A program made the translations under genes and the position numbers. Positions 27,017-36,683 of a stretch of 46,278 nt of DNA are shown piece by piece; position 1 is the first letter of the stretch; every line of letters starts with the position of its first letter. This DNA comes from Candidatus Nomurabacteria bacterium (lineage in GTDB: Bacteria; Patescibacteriota; Minisyncoccia; Phycocordibacterales; UBA9973): the NCBI GenBank assembly GCA_023267195.1, contig JAHFNT010000005.1, positions 80,875-127,152 on the forward strand, read 5' to 3'. The notes below the pieces were generated by a model. It searched no databases. It saw only the letters and a list, made by a program, of their open reading frames with translations, and had not been told where the DNA came from.

Positions 27017-28744
27017 GTGAAAGAAGAAATTCTAAAATTTTTTAAGGGTGATGCAGACGATAGTGAAGCAACCCTCGTAAAATATTCGCACGATGCGAGC
27101 TTGCTCGAAGTTCGGCCGAAGATTGTGCTTTTCCCAAAAGATTCTGAAGACGTAAAAAATTTAGTTAAGTGGGTGGGGGAAAATAAAATAAAATATCCAA
27201 AACTTTCTATTACTGCCAGATGTGCAGGTACAGATATGTCCGGTGGAGCGATTGGGGAATCTATCATTTTGGATTTCACCCGCTATATGAATAAATTAAT
27301 CGGCGGGCCACTGCCGATGAAAAGTAAAGCAGAATGGGAAATTGCGGTGCAACCCGGCATGTTTTATCGCGATTTTGAAAAAATAACTTTAGCCAAAGGG
27401 CTCATTTTGCCTTGTTACACAGCTTCAAAAAGTTTGAATGCGCTTGGTGGAATGTATGGCAACAATTCAGCCGGTGAGCGAACTTTGAAATATGGAAAAA
27501 TGGAAGATTATATTTTATCGGCCAAAGTAGTTTTCGCTGATGGAAATGAATATGTCGTAAAACCACTCAATCAAGAAGCTTTGGAGAAAAAAATAGCGCA
27601 AAACGATTTCGAGGGAAATGTTTATAAAAATATTTTTAATTTAATAAAAGCTAATGAAGAGGAAATAAAACAAGCCAAACCAAGAGTAAGCAAAAATTCT
27701 GCGGGATATTATCTTTGGAATGTTTTAAGAGATAACTCGCGCCAAAGTGGGGCAAGTATTTTTGATCTAAATAAACTCCTTGTTGGTTCGCAGGGCACCT
27801 TAGGAATAGTAACCGAAATGACCATTAAATTGATACCTGAAAATAAATATTCCAAACTAGTAGTTATCTTTACAAACGATCTAGAACCACTGGGTCGTTT
27901 GGTGGATGAGATTTTGACACATCATCCTGAGTCTCTTGAGACATATGACAATAAGACAATGAAATTAGCGGTTAAATTTTTCCCAGATTTTTTAAAAAAT
28001 AAAGGATTAGTTGGGATGATTAAATTCATGTGGAGTTTTTTTCCTGAGTTTTTCATGTTTCTGACTGGCGGCATCCCAAAATTAATTATTTTGGCAGAAT
28101 TTGCCGGCAGGGATGAAAAAGTAGTGCAAGACAAATGCTTACAATTGGTAGAAAAAATTAAGAATTTCAAATTAAAAGTTCATATTACAGAGTCCACAGC
28201 CGAAGCAAATAAATATTGGGATATCAGAAGAGAAAGTTTTGCCTTGTTGCGAAAGCATGTAAAAGATATGCGCACTGCGCCGTTTATTGATGATATTATT
28301 GTCCGTCCCGAATTTCTACCGAAATTTCTTCCAGAATTAAATAAAATTATCAGTAAATATGATTTAATTTCTACTTTAGCGGGGCATGCGGGAGATGGTA
28401 ATTTTCATGTTATACCACTGATGGATTTCAAGCGAAACGATATAGCCAAGATAGTTACGGAGTTAGGAGAACAGGTTTATGACCTTGTGATTCGATATCA
28501 TGGCTCAATTACTGCAGAACACAATGACGGCCTTATTCGCACGCCATACTTAGAAAAAATGTATGGAAACAGGATAACGAATATATTTAAAAAAATTAAA
28601 GAAATTTTCGACCCGCAAAACATTTTCAACCCCGGCAAAAAAGTTCCAGCCACGGGAGAGGGGATTATATCCACCCAAGCGGGCACAAAAGAATATTTGG
28701 CTTCACATATAGCCCTGGAACATCAGGCTGTTCACAGAGTCTAA
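27017..28744 (+). CDS. FAD-binding oxidoreductase (GlcD/D-lactate dehydrogenase family)
   Basis: GTDMSGG, GSQGTLG, GHAGDGNFH, AEHNDG, FNPGK. Confidence 0.9.
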   Translation: MKEEILKFFKGDADDSEATLVKYSHDASLLEVRPKIVLFPKDSEDVKNLVKWVGENKIKYPKLSITARCAGTDMSGGAIGESIILDFTRYMNKLIGGPLPMKSKAEWEIAVQPGMFYRDFEKITLAKGLILPCYTASKSLNALGGMYGNNSAGERTLKYGKMEDYILSAKVVFADGNEYVVKPLNQEALEKKIAQNDFEGNVYKNIFNLIKANEEEIKQAKPRVSKNSAGYYLWNVLRDNSRQSGASIFDLNKLLVGSQGTLGIVTEMTIKLIPENKYSKLVVIFTNDLEPLGRLVDEILTHHPESLETYDNKTMKLAVKFFPDFLKNKGLVGMIKFMWSFFPEFFMFLTGGIPKLIILAEFAGRDEKVVQDKCLQLVEKIKNFKLKVHITESTAEANKYWDIRRESFALLRKHVKDMRTAPFIDDIIVRPEFLPKFLPELNKIISKYDLISTLAGHAGDGNFHVIPLMDFKRNDIAKIVTELGEQVYDLVIRYHGSITAEHNDGLIRTPYLEKMYGNRITNIFKKIKEIFDPQNIFNPGKKVPATGEGIISTQAGTKEYLASHIALEHQAVHRV

Positions 28745-28781
28745 ATTTGCTTTTATATGCTTTTCATGTATAATCTTTTCT

Positions 28782-29465
28782 ATGTTTGCCATTAAAGCTA
28801 AATCAAGAGATGAAAGTTTAAAACTAAACACATTGCGCAAGGGGGGTGAAATCCCTGCTGTTTTTTATGGGGCTGGGAAAAATGCCACCTCTATTTCAGT
28901 GGGCATGGTTGAATTTAAGAAAGTTTGGCGGGACGCTGGTGAGTCTTCCGCTGTTAAAATTACAACACCAGAAGGGAATATAGATGCCCTTATTCACGAA
29001 GTGCAAGTTGATCCTGTCACCGAGGAACCCATTCATGTGGATTTCTTAGCTATTGACATGAAAAAGAAAATTCGCGTGGATGTTCCGCTTGTTTTCGCGG
29101 GTGTTTCAAATGCTGTGAAGAGTGGTATTGGAAACTTAGTCAAAGTACTACATGAAATTAAAATTGAAGCTTTGCCCAATGATCTTCCACACGATCTCGT
29201 TGTTGATATTTCTAAACTGGAAACACTTAAAGACCAGGTTTTTGTTTCAGATATAAAACTTCCAGCTGGGGTTGTTGTGATTGATAATCCTACTGATGTA
29301 GTTGCCTCGGTAGTAGAACAAGTTGAAGAGAAAGAAGAAGTTGCTGCTCCCGTAGATTTATCTGCAATTGAAGTAGAGAAGAAAGGCAAGAAAGAAGAAG
29401 AAGGTGAGCCTAGCGCTGAACCTGTTGCTGCAGCAGCTAAAGAGGAGAAAGCGGAAAAGAAATAA
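28782..29465 (+). CDS. rplY: 50S ribosomal protein bL25/Ctc
   Basis: IPAVFYG, QVDPV..PIHVDF, acidic tail. Confidence 0.95.
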   Translation: MFAIKAKSRDESLKLNTLRKGGEIPAVFYGAGKNATSISVGMVEFKKVWRDAGESSAVKITTPEGNIDALIHEVQVDPVTEEPIHVDFLAIDMKKKIRVDVPLVFAGVSNAVKSGIGNLVKVLHEIKIEALPNDLPHDLVVDISKLETLKDQVFVSDIKLPAGVVVIDNPTDVVASVVEQVEEKEEVAAPVDLSAIEVEKKGKKEEEGEPSAEPVAAAAKEEKAEKK

Positions 29466-29491
29466 ACATAATTTATGTTATAATAAGAGTT

Positions 29492-30841
29492 ATGGTAAGA
29501 AAGATATTCATAACTTTTTTTGTTTTTGTGTTAATATTTTTAAATTTGGCAAATCAAGTGTTTGCTGATTTTGACTGTTTAACTTTAAACACCTCTTCCA
29601 ATTCTACAGACAGGGCATATTGTGAAAATCAGCTCGCGCAAATAGAAAATCAACTTACGGATCTTTTAAACAAGCAAAAAGAACAGCAGAAACAAACTGG
29701 TACGCTCAAAGGCGATGTAGATTATCTAAATAGCCAAATTAACGCGCTAAAAACTAAAATAAAAGCTCGGGCGCTTGTTATTGCCCAATTGAAAATAAAT
29801 ATCGCAGAAAAGATTAGCACTATCAATTCACTTTCCAGCAAAATTGACCGTGAGCATGAATCTTTGGCACAGCTGCTTCGAAATACCAATGAATTTGACA
29901 ATACTAATTTAGTGAATTTGATTCTCTCAAACAACAGTGTCTCCAATTTTTACAGTGATTTAGAGTCATATAATTCAATCAAACAAGCAGTAAAAAATTC
30001 TATCGATGTTATTAATGGGGTAAAAAAAGAAACCGAAGTTGCCAAGCAAGACCTGGAGAAAAAACAAGATGCGGAAACTGACGCAAAAGCTGAATTAGAA
30101 AGCGCGCAAAAAACTGTCGCTAAATCCGAAGCCGACAAGAAAGAACTTTTAAATATTTCTAAACAAAAAGAAGATGCTTATAAAGAATTAGCGGCGCAAA
30201 AGAAAGCCCAGGCCGATAAAATACGCAGTGCTCTTTTCAGTCTAGCGGGAATCTCGCAAAAAATTGAATTTGGAACAGCGCTTACCTATGCCAATGAAGT
30301 GAATAGTAAGTTAAACGTTGACCCAGCTTTTCTCTTGGCAATTTTGACCCAAGAATCAAATTTGGGTGCAAATGTGGGCCAATGTTATTTAACCAATCCG
30401 GATACAGGTGCTGGGGTGGGGAAAAATACTGGTACACCGTTTTCAAACGTGATGAAGCCAACGCGCGACGTGGCGCCGTTCCTGGAAATAACAAATATGC
30501 TTGGCTTTAATGCATATCAGACAGCAGTTTCTTGTCCTATCCCGGGAGTGGCCGGGTATGGAGGAGCTATGGGTCCAGCGCAGTTTATTCCATCAACTTG
30601 GAAATTATTTGAAGATCGTTTGCAAGCTATTTTAGGATATTTTGCCAATCCTTGGTCGCCCCGCGATGCTTTTATGGCTTCTGGGATGTATTTGAGCGAC
30701 CTTGGGGCCGTAGGCAACAGCGCAAGTTCGCAACAACGCGCGGCTTGCAGATATTATGGTTCTGGAGGATCTTCGTGCACTTATAGTAGAAGTGTTATGA
30801 AATTAAAATCTCAAATACAAGCAAATATCGATTTGCTTTAA
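29492..30841 (+). CDS. Secreted coiled-coil protein with a lytic transglycosylase domain
   Basis: Signal peptide, long coiled coil, AILTQESNLG, GAMGPAQFIPSTW. Confidence 0.87.
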   Translation: MVRKIFITFFVFVLIFLNLANQVFADFDCLTLNTSSNSTDRAYCENQLAQIENQLTDLLNKQKEQQKQTGTLKGDVDYLNSQINALKTKIKARALVIAQLKINIAEKISTINSLSSKIDREHESLAQLLRNTNEFDNTNLVNLILSNNSVSNFYSDLESYNSIKQAVKNSIDVINGVKKETEVAKQDLEKKQDAETDAKAELESAQKTVAKSEADKKELLNISKQKEDAYKELAAQKKAQADKIRSALFSLAGISQKIEFGTALTYANEVNSKLNVDPAFLLAILTQESNLGANVGQCYLTNPDTGAGVGKNTGTPFSNVMKPTRDVAPFLEITNMLGFNAYQTAVSCPIPGVAGYGGAMGPAQFIPSTWKLFEDRLQAILGYFANPWSPRDAFMASGMYLSDLGAVGNSASSQQRAACRYYGSGGSSCTYSRSVMKLKSQIQANIDLL

Positions 30842-30870
30842 TTGAAAACCTGTGATAATCTGGTTGAGCA

Positions 30871-31089
30871 ATGAAAAAGGATATACACCCCAAATATGAT
30901 CTAAATACCAAAGCTACTTGTGCCTGCGGTGCGGTTTTTGTGGTTGGTTCTACTATGCCGTCCATTGCTATGGAAATCTGCAGCAATTGTCACCCGTTCT
31001 ATACAGGCAATGAAAAAATAATGGATACTGCGGGACGCGTGGAAAGATTCAATAAGCGCAAAGCGGCTACTGTTAAAGCTAAAAAATAA
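30871..31089 (+). CDS. rpmE: 50S ribosomal protein bL31 (Zn-binding type)
   Basis: MKKDIHPKY, CACG, CSNCHPFYTG, GRVERF. Confidence 0.97.
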   Translation: MKKDIHPKYDLNTKATCACGAVFVVGSTMPSIAMEICSNCHPFYTGNEKIMDTAGRVERFNKRKAATVKAKK

Positions 31090-31162
31090 ATTAAAAATAC
31101 TTTTTCTCAGGTCCTTGGAAAAAATCCCCAGACCGTTCAAAAAAGTATTTTTAATTTATTTT
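31083..31162. repeat. 23-bp perfect inverted repeat between rpmE and prfA
   Basis: AAAATAAATTAAAAATACTTTTT (31083-31105) and its reverse complement (31140-31162). Confidence 0.75.
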
Positions 31163-31167
31163 ATTGT

Positions 31168-32139
31168 ATGAACCTAAATCTCGAAGAATTAAAAAAGGAT
31201 CACCGGACGAACTATCTAGCGACTGCGTTAGAAAAATTAGCGCGCGAGGAGGCGGAGGTCCGGGAAATGCTAGCGAGTGATGAAACTTTGCATGAAATGG
31301 CGGCCAAAGAACTCGCGGTGATTCAGGAAGAAAAAGAGCGGCTTGAGAAACAAGTAGAAGACATTTTAGAAAAAGATAAATCCCTCGACGAGCTCGGGAC
31401 AAATGAAATAGTTTTAGAGGTGCGAGCTGGCGCTGGTGGCGATGAAGCCTCTCTTTTTGCCTGGGAGCTAGCGCACATGTATGAGAAGTTTGCGGAAATG
31501 CAGGGTTGGCAGTGGAAGGTCAATTATGAGTCCAAAAGCGATTTGAACGGCTACAAAGAAGCCTCTTTTGAAATCAAAGGGAAAGATGTTTTTAAAAAGT
31601 TACGTTATGAGACTGGTGTGCATCGAGTACAAAGAATTCCGGCAACAGAAAAAAATGGCCGAGTGCATACTTCTACTGCCTCGGTAGCAGTGTTACCGAT
31701 TCGCAAGAAAATAAATTTTGTAATAAATCCTGCGGACTTTGAAATGGAATATTCGCGTTCTGGCGGCAAAGGCGGACAAAACGTGAATAAAGTAGAGACA
31801 GCTGTGCGCATTATTCACAAACCAACAGGTCTAGATGTGCGATCCACAAATGAGCGCAGCCAGCTGGCCAATCGCGAAAAAGCGATGATGATTTTGACGT
31901 CCAAACTTCAGCAACTAGAAGAAGAAAAAGAAGCTGCGAAACACGCAGGTATTCGCAAAGGACAAATTGGTTCTGGTGATCGCAGTGAAAAAATCCGCAC
32001 CTACAACTTTGCTCAAGATCGAGTCACTGATCACCGTATCAAAAAATCTTGGCACAATCTGCCTAAAATAATGGAAGGAGAAATCGGAGGAATTATTGCT
32101 GATCTTGAATCTGGCGCAGTGGGGGATGAAGAAGAGTAG
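31168..32139 (+). CDS. prfA: Peptide chain release factor 1
   Basis: PAT stop-recognition motif, GGQ, RSEKIRTYNF. Confidence 0.93.
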   Translation: MNLNLEELKKDHRTNYLATALEKLAREEAEVREMLASDETLHEMAAKELAVIQEEKERLEKQVEDILEKDKSLDELGTNEIVLEVRAGAGGDEASLFAWELAHMYEKFAEMQGWQWKVNYESKSDLNGYKEASFEIKGKDVFKKLRYETGVHRVQRIPATEKNGRVHTSTASVAVLPIRKKINFVINPADFEMEYSRSGGKGGQNVNKVETAVRIIHKPTGLDVRSTNERSQLANREKAMMILTSKLQQLEEEKEAAKHAGIRKGQIGSGDRSEKIRTYNFAQDRVTDHRIKKSWHNLPKIMEGEIGGIIADLESGAVGDEEE

Positions 32140-32291
32140 ACCACATTTCTGGTTTTACTTTCTTTTGCAGTTATGATACTATTCTAGTGTAGGGTCTCAT
32201 TTAGCGAAATCGAGTTTCTACGCTCCGATCTAGGTCGGAGTTTATTAAATAGTTTTTTGTCCCTTTTAGTAAAAAGGGAAGAAGTTAAAGT

Positions 32292-32606
32292 ATGGCTACA
32301 AAGCTATATGTAGGGGGACTCCCTTACAGCACTCAAGAAGATGCCCTTAAAGAGCTCTTCGCACAAGCCGGAACAGTTGTTTCTGCTGTGATTATCATGG
32401 ACAAAATGTCTGGTCGTTCAAAAGGTTTTGGGTTCGTAGAAATGTCTTCGCAAGAAGAGGCGGGGAAAGCAATTTCTATGTTCAATGAACAAGAATTCGA
32501 AGGACGCAAACTGACTGTCAACGAAGCTCGCCCTATGGAAGCTCGTCCACCACGAACAGGTGGTAACGGCGGATACGGCAACGGAGGAGGACGCCGAGAA
32601 TACTAA
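32292..32606 (+). CDS. RRM RNA-binding protein with a Gly-rich tail
   Basis: RNP2 LYVGGL, RNP1 KGFGFVEM. Confidence 0.95.
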   Translation: MATKLYVGGLPYSTQEDALKELFAQAGTVVSAVIIMDKMSGRSKGFGFVEMSSQEEAGKAISMFNEQEFEGRKLTVNEARPMEARPPRTGGNGGYGNGGGRREY

Positions 32607-32628
32607 TTCTATTGTCTTTAAAACAGAT

Positions 32629-32654
32629 ACCCCGCGAGAGCGGGGTTTTTGTTT
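32629..32654 (+). terminator. Intrinsic terminator
   Basis: ACCCCGC-GAGA-GCGGGGT followed by TTTTGTTT. Confidence 0.85.
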
Positions 32655-32714
32655 AGAGAATTTGCCGAAGTTTGTTTTTTCTGTTATATTTCATATGTTG
32701 TTTTTAAAAATTTT

Positions 32715-32789
32715 GAGCGTGTAGTTCAGTGGTAGAACGCTGTCCTGATAAGACAGAGGTCGATGGTTCGATCCCATCCACGCTCACCA
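32715..32789 (+). tRNA. tRNA-Ile(GAT), followed by CCA
   Basis: Acceptor GAGCGTG/CACGCTC, anticodon arm CTGTC-CTGATAA-GACAG, T loop TTCGATC. Confidence 0.95.
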
Positions 32790-32791
32790 AA

Positions 32792-33067
32792 ATGGAAGAA
32801 GAAAAAAATGATTTAAATACGAAAGGTCCATGGTGGAAACCAGGAATGCAAATATTGAGCGAGGTTTCGACTTGGATTGTGGTGCCTATTGTGCTCGCGC
32901 TAATTTTTGGTAAAATGCTAGATGCCTACTATGGAACACGGCCGGTTATTTTTCTAGTGTTCACAGGGGTTGGTTTTTTGGTGACATGTTTTGGTATTTG
33001 GCGAGTTATGAAAAATTATATGCAGAAATTAAAAAACGCAGAAAATAAGGATTCACAAAAGAATTAA
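32792..33067 (+). CDS. AtpZ/AtpI-family two-TM protein
   Basis: First gene of the atp operon; GKMLDAYYGTRP motif; ATG immediately after tRNA-Ile. Confidence 0.82.
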   Translation: MEEEKNDLNTKGPWWKPGMQILSEVSTWIVVPIVLALIFGKMLDAYYGTRPVIFLVFTGVGFLVTCFGIWRVMKNYMQKLKNAENKDSQKN

Positions 33068-33070
33068 TCT

Positions 33071-33955
33071 ATGGAAAAAATATCTCAAGAAATCACATTA
33101 TTTGCTGAACCGATCTTTCATTTTGAAAATTTCACCATTACCAACGCGCTTTTGACGAGCTGGGTGGTAGTTGCCATTTTAATTATTCTCTCTTTAGTCT
33201 TGCGTTCAAAGTTGCGGGAAGTCCCTGGTAAATTGCAGAATCTTTTTGAAATAATTATAGAGGGCGCGCTTTCTTTGTGCGATCAGGTGACAAACAGCAG
33301 AGCTCTTTCGATAAAAATTTTCCCAATTGCCATTTCAGTTTTCTTTTTTATTCTTATTAGCAATTGGCTGGGTATCACTCCGCTCGGTGGATTTGGAATT
33401 CTAGAGAAGGGAGAACATGGCCTCCTTTTTGTCCCGTTTTTGCGCGGGGCAACTGCTGATATAAATACTACACTTGCTCTAGCCACCATGGCTGTGCTTG
33501 GCGCAAATATCTTTGGCGTTCTCTCTATAGGCTTATGGAAAACTTTTAACAAATATGTTAATCTAAAAGTGCTCGGCGGAATATTTACAAAAATCCGAGA
33601 GGAGCCGACGATTATTATCGTTGCGCCTATTACGTTCTTTGTTGGTTTAATTGAAATTGTCGGTGAACTTGCAAAAGTTGCCTCGCTTTCTTTCCGTCTT
33701 TTTGGTAATGTATTTGCTGGAGAAGTGCTTTTGGCATCTATGGCGGCCTTGGTGGCTTACTTTATTCCAATACCTTTTCTTTTTCTTGAACTACTTGTAG
33801 GAGTTATTCAAGCGCTTATTTTTTCAATTTTGCTGGTGGTTTACTTTACAATTGGAGCTTCTGATCACGATGAACATGAATCCACCCATAATGCTTCGCA
33901 TAATGAGTCGGGTAGCGGACACAATATTATAAATGAGTCGATTATTATTAATTAA
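33071..33955 (+). CDS. atpB: ATP synthase subunit a
   Basis: PGKLQN, TADINTT, SLSFRLFGNVFAGE, IQALIF. Confidence 0.96.
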   Translation: MEKISQEITLFAEPIFHFENFTITNALLTSWVVVAILIILSLVLRSKLREVPGKLQNLFEIIIEGALSLCDQVTNSRALSIKIFPIAISVFFFILISNWLGITPLGGFGILEKGEHGLLFVPFLRGATADINTTLALATMAVLGANIFGVLSIGLWKTFNKYVNLKVLGGIFTKIREEPTIIIVAPITFFVGLIEIVGELAKVASLSFRLFGNVFAGEVLLASMAALVAYFIPIPFLFLELLVGVIQALIFSILLVVYFTIGASDHDEHESTHNASHNESGSGHNIINESIIIN

Positions 33956-34177
<222 letters not shown>

Positions 34178-34184
34178 TATTTTT

Positions 34185-34266
34185 CTCCCCCTGCCAAGGG
34201 GGAGTGCCTGAAAGGCAAGGGGGTCAGAGACCCCTCCTCAATCCTCCCCTTCGCAGGGGAGGAGGA
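34185..34266. repeat. REP-like GC-rich hairpin cluster between atpE and atpF
   Basis: CTCCCCCT-GCCA-AGGGGGAG, TGCC-TGAAA-GGCA, TCCTCCCCT-TCGC-AGGGGAGGA. Confidence 0.7.
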
Positions 34267-34283
34267 AATCGGGATATAAATTC

Positions 34284-34745
34284 ATGGAGTCAATTATTTC
34301 AACATTTCACATAGACTGGAAAATTATTATTGCCCAAGCAATAAATTTTGGAGTTGTTTTTGTGGTGCTGTATATTTTTGCTTTGAAACCGCTTTCAAAA
34401 TTGATGACAGAGAGAAGCGAAAAAATAGGCAAGGGTATTCTTGATGCTAAAGCAAACGCAGAAATTCTTGAAAAAACTCGCGCGGAATATAACGAGGTTC
34501 TTTTAAAAGCGAAGGCAGAAGCCAATAAAATTTTTCAAGATGGGAAAAAAGAAGCCGAAGCAAATAAGGCAATAATGCTAGAGGACGCGAAGAAACAAGT
34601 GAGTGTCATGATGGAAAGCGGCAAAAAGACTCTTGAAGCAGAAAAAGTGAAGATGGTAGAAGAGGCAAAAAAAGAAATAATAAATCTTGCCATGCTCGCA
34701 ACAGAAAAATTATTGAAAGATAAGCAGGGGATGAATAATTTATAA
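34284..34745 (+). CDS. atpF: ATP synthase subunit b
   Basis: AQAINF TM, KP...ER, coiled coil. Confidence 0.93.
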   Translation: MESIISTFHIDWKIIIAQAINFGVVFVVLYIFALKPLSKLMTERSEKIGKGILDAKANAEILEKTRAEYNEVLLKAKAEANKIFQDGKKEAEANKAIMLEDAKKQVSVMMESGKKTLEAEKVKMVEEAKKEIINLAMLATEKLLKDKQGMNNL

Positions 34746-34746
34746 T

Positions 34747-35145
34747 ATGGCAGGAATTTCAAACAATAATATAGCCCGCGCGATTTATTTGGCATCAAAA
34801 ACTGATTCGGGTGAAAGTTTTTATAAAAAAGTTGTTCATTTTTTGGCCAAGAAAAGATTAATATCCAAATCAGGAGACATACTTGCTCGTTTAAATAAAA
34901 TAATCAACGAAGAAGAAGGTAGGGCAGTGGCAAAAGTATCCAGTTCTAGGAAATTAGACAGCGATCTAAAAAAAGAATTAGAACAAAAAATTGCTCGCCG
35001 GTATGCCATGAAGACTGCAAATATAATTGAAAATTTGGATGAGAGATTGCTTGGCGGATTTAAAATAGAAGTGAATGATGAAGTTATTGATTTAACTCTA
35101 AAAAATAAAATTAGTCAATTACAAGAATATTTAATTAAGAGCTAA
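34747..35145 (+). CDS. atpH: ATP synthase subunit delta (short)
   Basis: [20 protein letters not shown]; operon position. Confidence 0.88.
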   Translation: MAGISNNNIARAIYLASKTDSGESFYKKVVHFLAKKRLISKSGDILARLNKIINEEEGRAVAKVSSSRKLDSDLKKELEQKIARRYAMKTANIIENLDERLLGGFKIEVNDEVIDLTLKNKISQLQEYLIKS

Positions 35146-36668
35146 TGAATAATCATATTGTAGAAAATTTAAAAAGAGAAATAGAAAATTTTTCACTCGA
35201 GCTCAAAGTAGAAAAGGTGGGAAAAGTTTTAGAGGTTTTTGATGGAATTGCCAAAGTTTCTGGTTTGTCAGATATTAAATCTTCCGAAATGGTTACTTTT
35301 CCAGGGGGGGAGATTGGTGTGGCTCTCAATCTGGAAGAAGATGCAGTTGGTGTTATTATTTTAGGTGACTTTTCAAAAATCAAAGAAGGAGACGAAGTCA
35401 AAGCAACAGGCAGAATATTGGAAATTCCAGTGGGTGATAATATTTTGGGTCGCGTGGTGAATGCGATCGGTGTGCCGATAGATGGAAAGGGGGTAATTAA
35501 AGGAAATAATCCTTCGACAAGCTCAGGACTTTCAGCTTATCCGATTGAAAAAGTTGCTCCTGGAGTTGTGACTCGTCTTTCTGTCGATCAGCCAGTCGCT
35601 ACAGGTATTAAAGTTATTGATGCTATTATTCCCGTCGGTCGCGGACAGCGTGAGCTTATTATCGGCGATAGACAGACAGGCAAAACTGCGCTTGCAATTG
35701 ATGCAATTTTAAATCAGAAAGGCCAAAACATGATCTGCGTATATGTTTCTATTGGGCAGAAAGATTCAAAACTTCGAAAAATTGAAGCTCGTCTCGAAGA
35801 AGGCGGCGCTATGGCATACACTGTGATCGTTTCCGCCGGAGCTTCGGAAGCTGCCTCGCTTTCATATATTGCGCCCTATACTGGAGTCTCTATCGCTGAA
35901 TATTTTATGGATAAAGGCAAAGATGTTTTAATTATATATGATGATCTTTCTAAGCACGCTGTCGCTTATCGAGAAATTTCCTTGCTGCTTCGCCGACCAC
36001 CAGGCCGAGAAGCTTATCCGGGAGACGTTTTCTATTTGCATTCACGTTTGCTTGAACGCGCTTGCCGAAGAAATGAAAAATACGGAGGAGGATCAATCAC
36101 CGCTTTCCCGATTATTGAAACTCAGGCGGGTGATATCTCCGCATATATTCCGACAAATGTTATTTCAATTACCGATGGACAGATTTTCTTGGAGACTGAT
36201 CTTTTCTACAAAGGAATTCGCCCGGCTGTAAACGTCGGTTCTTCAGTATCTCGCGTGGGGGGAACTGCTCAAATAAAAGCTATGAAAAAAGTAGCTGGAA
36301 CTCTCAAGCTTGACCTAGCGCAGTTTCGTGAACTTGAAGCCTTTGCGCAGTTTGGTTCTGATCTTGACGACAATACGAAGCGCCAGCTCGAACGCGGCAA
36401 AAGAGCGGTGGAAGTTTTGAAACAACTTCAATATGCACCAGTGAAGACAGAGCATCAAGTCGTCACTCTTTATGCTCTGACGAATGGATTTATGGACGAT
36501 ATTGCGCTTGAAAAAATAAAAGAATTTGAGCAAGGACTCACAGATTATAGTGAGCGCAATGCAAAAGTTTTCTACAAGCAAATTGCAGAAAAGAAAATGT
36601 GGGATGAAAAAGGTGAAGAAGAGTTAAAAAAAGTAATTCAAGATTTTAAATTAAGTTTTCAAAAGTAG
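35145..36668 (+). CDS. atpA: ATP synthase subunit alpha
   Basis: [30 protein letters not shown]. Confidence 0.98.
   Translation: MNNHIVENLKREIENFSLELKVEKVGKVLEVFDGIAKVSGLSDIKSSEMVTFPGGEIGVALNLEEDAVGVIILGDFSKIKEGDEVKATGRILEIPVGDNILGRVVNAIGVPIDGKGVIKGNNPSTSSGLSAYPIEKVAPGVVTRLSVDQPVATGIKVIDAIIPVGRGQRELIIGDRQTGKTALAIDAILNQKGQNMICVYVSIGQKDSKLRKIEARLEEGGAMAYTVIVSAGASEAASLSYIAPYTGVSIAEYFMDKGKDVLIIYDDLSKHAVAYREISLLLRRPPGREAYPGDVFYLHSRLLERACRRNEKYGGGSITAFPIIETQAGDISAYIPTNVISITDGQIFLETDLFYKGIRPAVNVGSSVSRVGGTAQIKAMKKVAGTLKLDLAQFRELEAFAQFGSDLDDNTKRQLERGKRAVEVLKQLQYAPVKTEHQVVTLYALTNGFMDDIALEKIKEFEQGLTDYSERNAKVFYKQIAEKKMWDEKGEEELKKVIQDFKLSFQK
35510..35528 (+). repeat. In-frame imperfect palindromic repeat in atpA (PSTSSG)
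   Basis: TCCTTCGACAAGCTCAGGA. Confidence 0.65.
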
Positions 36669-36683
36669 TTCTAAATAAATAAA

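Noticed and set aside
12702..27746. Further possible in-frame repeat relics in rsmH (LPVGQQ), murF (SPDSRTG) and the FAD oxidoreductase (NSRQSGAS)
   Set aside because: They look like inserts, but the palindromes are too degenerate to support without alignments.
31168..32139. RF2 with a programmed frameshift
   Set aside because: The PAT motif indicates RF1; the ORF is continuous and has no CTTTGA slip site at its start.
32729..32791. N-terminal extension of the first atp ORF from GTG 32729
   Set aside because: It lies inside tRNA-Ile; ATG 32792 is the plausible start.
33865..33955. His-rich, weakly repetitive C-terminal tail of AtpB
   Set aside because: His-rich tails are common on subunit a; the short repeats (CATAATG, AATGAGTCG) are unremarkable.
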